This document shows positions 46,726 through 50,545 of a stretch of 50,545 bases of DNA, piece after piece. A model generated the notes under the pieces. The model did no database searches. It had not been told where the DNA came from and worked only from the letters and a program-made list of their open reading frames with translations. The DNA is taken from contig SLMS01000111.1 of NCBI GenBank assembly GCA_007133495.1, forward strand, positions 1-50,545. The letters are read 5' to 3'. The DNA comes from Candidatus Sumerlaeota bacterium. GTDB taxonomy: Bacteria; Sumerlaeota; Sumerlaeia; SLMS01. Made by a program: the position numbers and the translations under genes. The stretch's first letter is position 1. Each line of letters starts with the position of its first letter.

Positions 46726-47091
46726 ATGCCTCACGTTATCCTGCAGGGACCGCTGGTGCCGGAGGACATCTGGCTGGCTTTCCAGCCGGAGGAATTCACC
46801 GAGGGCGGGGACCGCTACAAGGCGGAGGAGGCGTTCCTTTCCTCCGACAAGAAAGTGCTGCTGATCCGGTCGTTCACGGTCGAGCGCGGCTTCACGAAGG
46901 TGTTCTATGTCCGGGTGGCGCTGAAGGAGGGCCAGCTCAGCATCGGGCTGGACAAGCTGACGAAACCGGACGCAAGCGACGGGGTGAAGCGGCTGCTGGG
47001 TCTATACGCGTGGAAGATTCTGCAGAACGACCCGGAGACGGCGATCGCCTCGACGAATATCGAGGAGTTCGTGAGGGAGCCTGCCGGCTGA
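46726..47091 (+). CDS. Hypothetical protein (121 aa)
   Basis: Fills the gap between two co-oriented genes, has SD GAGGG and typical GC3-rich codons; no recognisable motif. Confidence 0.8.
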   Translation: MPHVILQGPLVPEDIWLAFQPEEFTEGGDRYKAEEAFLSSDKKVLLIRSFTVERGFTKVFYVRVALKEGQLSIGLDKLTKPDASDGVKRLLGLYAWKILQNDPETAIASTNIEEFVREPAG

Positions 47092-47763
47092 ATGGACAAG
47101 GCAATCAAGGCGCCGCAGTGCGATCCGCCGCTGCGGCCTGCGGAAAAAGGTGGATGGGACCTTGAAATCCCGATTGGTGATTTGCCCAAGCCGCTGGACT
47201 TCCCGCGGGTATTCGGCCGCACCGGACCCGTTGAAATGGAAGTCGGCAGCGGAAGCGGGCTTTTCCTGGCCACGGAGGCGGCCAACCGCCCGGACACGAA
47301 TTTCTTCGCCGTCGAGCGGGACGGTGCGGAGGTGCGGCGCGCGAAAGACAAGTGGCGCCGGCGCGGCCTCCTGAACGTGCGCATCGTCAAGTGCGACGCG
47401 CACTATTTGCTGGAGGAGTTCGTGCCGGACAATTCAATTGATTCGTATATCATTCTATACAGTGACCCCTGGCCGAAGAAGCGCCACCACAAGCGGCGTT
47501 TCTTCCAGCCACGCCTGCTACCAACGCTGGAGCGCACGCTCAAGCCCGGTGGCACGGTCCGCATCAAGACGGATGTGACGGTCTATTACGAGGTGATTCG
47601 TGAACTGCTCGGCGGGGCGCCGTTCCTGCGGCTGGAGCACGACCGCCGGCTCGACCGCGAGCCGGACCCCGATGACGTGCAGACGAACTATCAGCGCAAG
47701 GCAATCGAACAGGGTCACCCCATTCATGCGATGCTCTACAAACGAACCACGAGCGGTGAGTGA
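47092..47763 (+). CDS. trmB: tRNA (guanine-N7)-methyltransferase
   Basis: MEVGSGSG.FL...A..RPD.NFFAVE, YSDPWPKKRHHKRR, LKPGG...IKTD, TNYQRK. Confidence 0.93.
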   Translation: MDKAIKAPQCDPPLRPAEKGGWDLEIPIGDLPKPLDFPRVFGRTGPVEMEVGSGSGLFLATEAANRPDTNFFAVERDGAEVRRAKDKWRRRGLLNVRIVKCDAHYLLEEFVPDNSIDSYIILYSDPWPKKRHHKRRFFQPRLLPTLERTLKPGGTVRIKTDVTVYYEVIRELLGGAPFLRLEHDRRLDREPDPDDVQTNYQRKAIEQGHPIHAMLYKRTTSGE

Positions 47764-47781
47764 TGGGCATCCGGGCGGGCA

Positions 47782-48720
47782 TTACGGCCCGCTGCGCATG
47801 GCGGTGAGTCTGATGACGAGGGTTTCGGCCATGCCTTCCCAGTCGGGGACGTAGTCCTCCTCGCCGCTGGGGTACATGACGCGCTGGAGCCGGTGGGCGT
47901 CCTCTATCATTTCCTTGAGGGCGGGGAGGGGAAACCGCTGCGCAGCCTGGTGTATCTTTTTCGCCTTCCACGCGGGTATTTTTTCGAGCGACGGAAAGTC
48001 GGCCACCATGAGCTGTCCCATCGGCTTTCCCTCGCGCTTGCCTTCCTGCACGCAGCGGGCCTGAAAGAGCAGTTCGAGCATCTGCGAGATGGTTGAGTAG
48101 ATACGCAGGCGCGAGCCGGAATCACCGGCGGAGCGCTTCACCCAATCGCGGAAGACCTTGAGCGCGGCGGGCGCGTTGCCGTTGAGCAGGTGATCGTCGA
48201 ACTCGAACTGGATGGCTTTTTCGCGCTTGGTGATGACGGTGCCCTTGCGGTGGGCGAGCTGGACAAGGGGGGCGTCCTCGCGCAGCATTTTGCCCTTCAG
48301 ATCGTCCTCCTCGCAGACGAAAATGGCGATGTTCCCTGTGGTGGGGAGTTCGTTCTCGAGCCACTCGACGAGCACGGCCATGCGGTCCTTCTTCGCGGGC
48401 TTCCCCTTTTTCGCACCGGCCTTGGGGCGGGCTTTTCCGCGGCGGGCGCTCATGAGTTCCTGCAGATTATAGATGACGACGACGCGCTTGGAGCCGGGGA
48501 TGAAGGAGGTGGTGCCCAGCTCGTCGAGTATTTCGGAAAGGAACCTGTCCAGCGTGAGCGGCTGGTTGGCGGGGGGAGCGATTTCGGCCAGCCCGGTTTC
48601 GCGCTCCTCGCGGGAGAGGAGCTGCTCGACGAGCTGCAGACGTGCCTCGTTCACGTCCACGAGGTTGTTGCCGTGGACAAGGTAGAGCGACGAGGAGTCC
48701 TTCTGTCCTGGCGGGGTCAT
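47782..48720 (-). CDS. DNA polymerase III delta (HolA)-like protein, apparently lacking the lid domain
   Basis: LYLVHGNN and ELGTTSFIPGSKRVVVIYN resemble HolA domain I; FEFDDHLLNGNAPAAL and IPAWKAKK..AAQRF...L resemble the collar domain. Start moved to ATG 48720. Confidence 0.65.
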   Translation of the reverse strand: MTPPGQKDSSSLYLVHGNNLVDVNEARLQLVEQLLSREERETGLAEIAPPANQPLTLDRFLSEILDELGTTSFIPGSKRVVVIYNLQELMSARRGKARPKAGAKKGKPAKKDRMAVLVEWLENELPTTGNIAIFVCEEDDLKGKMLREDAPLVQLAHRKGTVITKREKAIQFEFDDHLLNGNAPAALKVFRDWVKRSAGDSGSRLRIYSTISQMLELLFQARCVQEGKREGKPMGQLMVADFPSLEKIPAWKAKKIHQAAQRFPLPALKEMIEDAHRLQRVMYPSGEEDYVPDWEGMAETLVIRLTAMRSGP

Positions 48721-48927
48721 GCGCGCCAGCCTCCGGGCGTGGGTTCCGAGGCCGGGCCAGCGGTGCGGACGAGTGTGGGCTGCGTGAGCAAGAGCGGCCT
48801 TCCTGGGGTTTCGGAGCAGGTTCATGGGCGGGCGGGGACTCCGGGCGGCGGCCCCGGTTTCCGGCTTGCCCCATCCGCGTTGCCGGGACTCCCATCTCAG
48901 CCATTCTACGCCCCGGGAGCAAACTGG

Positions 48928-49719
48928 ATGTTGCTGAAAGGGAAGAAAGTACTGGTGGCCGGAGTGGCCAACCGTTCTTCGATCGCGTGGGCGATCGCGG
49001 AGGCGATTCTGCGGGAGGGCGGGCAGGTGGCCCTGACCTACCAGAATCAGCGGCTTGAGGCGAGGGTGCGGGAGCTGGCGGAATCAGTTGACCCGAAGCT
49101 CCCCTGCTACGAACTCGACGCGTCGAACTCCGAGCAGACGGCGGCGGTGGCCGCAGAGATCGGCAAGGATTGGGGCTCGCTGGACGGGCTTGTCCACTCG
49201 ATCGCCTTTGCTCAGAAGGAAGACCTGACGCCGGGCATCCTGAAGACTTCGCTCGAGGGGTGGAACATGGCCCTTCACGTGAGCGCGTACACCCTGGTGG
49301 AGCTGACCCGGGCGATGATGCCGCTTCTCGAAAAGTCCGAGAGCGGATCGGTGCTGACCTTGACCTACGACACGGCGAAGGTTTATCCGAACTACAACGT
49401 GATGGGTATCGCGAAGGCGACCCTGGAGGCAGCGATGCGCTACGCCTGCTGGGATGCAGGCAAGCAGCAGGTTCGGGTGAACGCCGTGAGTGCCGGACCC
49501 ATCAAGACCCTTGCCGCGCGGGGAATCAGCGGCTTCGGGAAGATGTTGGAAGAAGGAGCCCGCAAGAGCCCCATGGGGCGGAACGTGGGCGCCGATGAAG
49601 TCGGCAACGCGGCGGCGTTCCTGCTCAGCCCCCATGCCAGCGGAATCACCGGACAGGTGATCTACGTGGACGCGGGGCAGAGCATCATGGGCGTTTCGGC
49701 GGCCGAATCTTCAGGCTGA
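48928..49719 (+). CDS. fabI: Enoyl-ACP reductase
   Basis: LLKGKKVLVAGVANRSSIAWAIA, LVHSIAFA, YNVMGIAKATLE, VNAVSAGPIKTLAA.GI. True start ATG 48928. Confidence 0.95.
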   Translation: MLLKGKKVLVAGVANRSSIAWAIAEAILREGGQVALTYQNQRLEARVRELAESVDPKLPCYELDASNSEQTAAVAAEIGKDWGSLDGLVHSIAFAQKEDLTPGILKTSLEGWNMALHVSAYTLVELTRAMMPLLEKSESGSVLTLTYDTAKVYPNYNVMGIAKATLEAAMRYACWDAGKQQVRVNAVSAGPIKTLAARGISGFGKMLEEGARKSPMGRNVGADEVGNAAAFLLSPHASGITGQVIYVDAGQSIMGVSAAESSG

Positions 49720-49742
49720 GCGCCGGCGTCCCGAAAAGGCAC

Positions 49743-49766
49743 GCATCCGTTGGCATAACGGATGCA
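49743..49766 (+). promoter_or_regulatory. Perfect 9-bp inverted repeat overlapping a sigma54-like -24/-12 motif upstream of trxA
   Basis: GCATCCGTT-ggcat-AACGGATGC contains TGGCAT-N5-ATGCA, with GG (49752-53), N10, GC (49764-65). Confidence 0.4.
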
Positions 49767-49832
49767 TCACTCCTCAGAGCGAGCCAGGCCAAGATCGCTC
49801 AACTTTGAACTCTCATCGGGAGAACCAGTATT

Positions 49833-50159
49833 ATGGCAGGTGCTACCCAGTCCGTTTCGGACACCGATTTCGACACCAAGGTCCTCCAGTCCGACAAACC
49901 CGTTTTCGTGGACTTCTGGGCAAGCTGGTGCCCCCCCTGCAAGCGAATCGCCCCCTTTGTGGAGGAGCTGGCGACCGACTATGACGGCAAGGCTCTTGTC
50001 GTGAAGGTGGACGTTGACGAGGCAGGCCAGGTGGCCGCCCGCTACGGGATCACGAGCGTCCCGACGCTGATGGTCTTCAAGGACGGACAGCCCGTCGAGG
50101 CGCAGGCCGGTGCCGTCCCGAAGGACCACATGGCCAAGATGATCGACAAGCATCTCTGA
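49833..50159 (+). CDS. trxA: Thioredoxin
   Basis: VFVDFWASWCPPCKRIAP, KVDVDE, YGITSVPTL..FKDG. Confidence 0.95.
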   Translation: MAGATQSVSDTDFDTKVLQSDKPVFVDFWASWCPPCKRIAPFVEELATDYDGKALVVKVDVDEAGQVAARYGITSVPTLMVFKDGQPVEAQAGAVPKDHMAKMIDKHL

Positions 50160-50321
50160 CCCGGGTGCTGAGCGCCTCCGCGGCCCGTATCCGGTTGACT
50201 TTCTGTTTCGGTGTCCCGCCATCCTTGTCGCGGATGGTGGGATACTTGTGTGTTGTGAGGACGGTGGCGCCGTTGGCGTCCGGGATGGAGTCAGGTCCAT
50301 CGGATCGGACAGGATGAGCGG

Positions 50322-50545
50322 ATGAAGTGCCCGAACTGCGCTTCCGACGACACGCGGGTGATCAATTCGCGGCCCGCGAACGGAGGGGCATCGATACGCC
50401 GGCGCCGCGAATGTCCGCTCTGCCATACCCGCTTCACGACCTACGAAATCATCGAGAAGGCGGAGATGACCGTCATCAAGCGGGACGGATCGACGGCCCC
50501 GTACTGTCGGGAACGGCTCCAGCGCGGCATCGAGAAGGCCTGCAA
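50322..50545 (+). CDS. nrdR: Transcriptional repressor NrdR (truncated by the window end)
   Basis: Not in the ORF track. Reads MKCPNCASDDTRVINSRPANGGASIRRRRECPLCHTRFTTYEIIEKAEMTVIKRDGS...LQRGIEKAC: a zinc ribbon with the RRRR motif and the start of an ATP cone. Confidence 0.95.
   Translation, partial: MKCPNCASDDTRVINSRPANGGASIRRRRECPLCHTRFTTYEIIEKAEMTVIKRDGSTAPYCRERLQRGIEKAC

Noticed and set aside
48190-48927. Apparent 509-aa FabI with an N-terminal extension
   Set aside because: The extension is the antisense shadow of the HolA-like gene; FabI homology starts at 48928.

Overview
A GC-rich bacterial chromosomal segment with about 38 intact or edge-truncated protein-coding genes. I saw no rRNA, tRNA, CRISPR array or transposase. 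The lineage is probably Candidatus Sumerlaeota/BRC1 or a similar one; this is inferred from the recurring SxGPD...YDPTNGTxSxGDI motif and not verified. Left to right: (i) two tandem paralogues sharing a 44-aa C-terminal YDPTNGT module; (ii) a cell-envelope run of a WecA/MraY-like transferase, a coiled-coil OmpA/MotB-domain lipoprotein, a GT2, a heterodimeric ABC exporter and an orphan lptB; (iii) a secreted TPR protein divergent from three tandem ~1070-aa secreted lamin-tail/CotH-kinase paralogues, all ending in a short P-x-W-V-[FW]-R tail; (iv) a complete ectR-ectABCD-ehuBCDA ectoine/hydroxyectoine synthesis and uptake cluster; (v) a minus-strand run of DUF4912, two pseudogenes not resolved in the ORF track (ISC-type fdx and iscX), a Trm112-methyltransferase fusion, a Rieske ferredoxin and a hypothetical protein; (vi) a PpiD-like chaperone; (vii) Rrf2-cydAB; (viii) a DASS transporter, a soluble REC-cNMP-histidine kinase and a stand-alone receiver; (ix) an orphan type IV/T2SS pilin preceded by an array of GGG-N-CCC boxes; (x) housekeeping genes tsaC/sua5, an M24 peptidase, trmB, a HolA-like protein apparently lacking its lid domain, fabI, trxA and a truncated nrdR. 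The best novelty candidates are the CotH triplet with its putative C-terminal sorting signal and the YDPTNGT-module family. All product calls rest on motifs recognised by eye; no searches were run.
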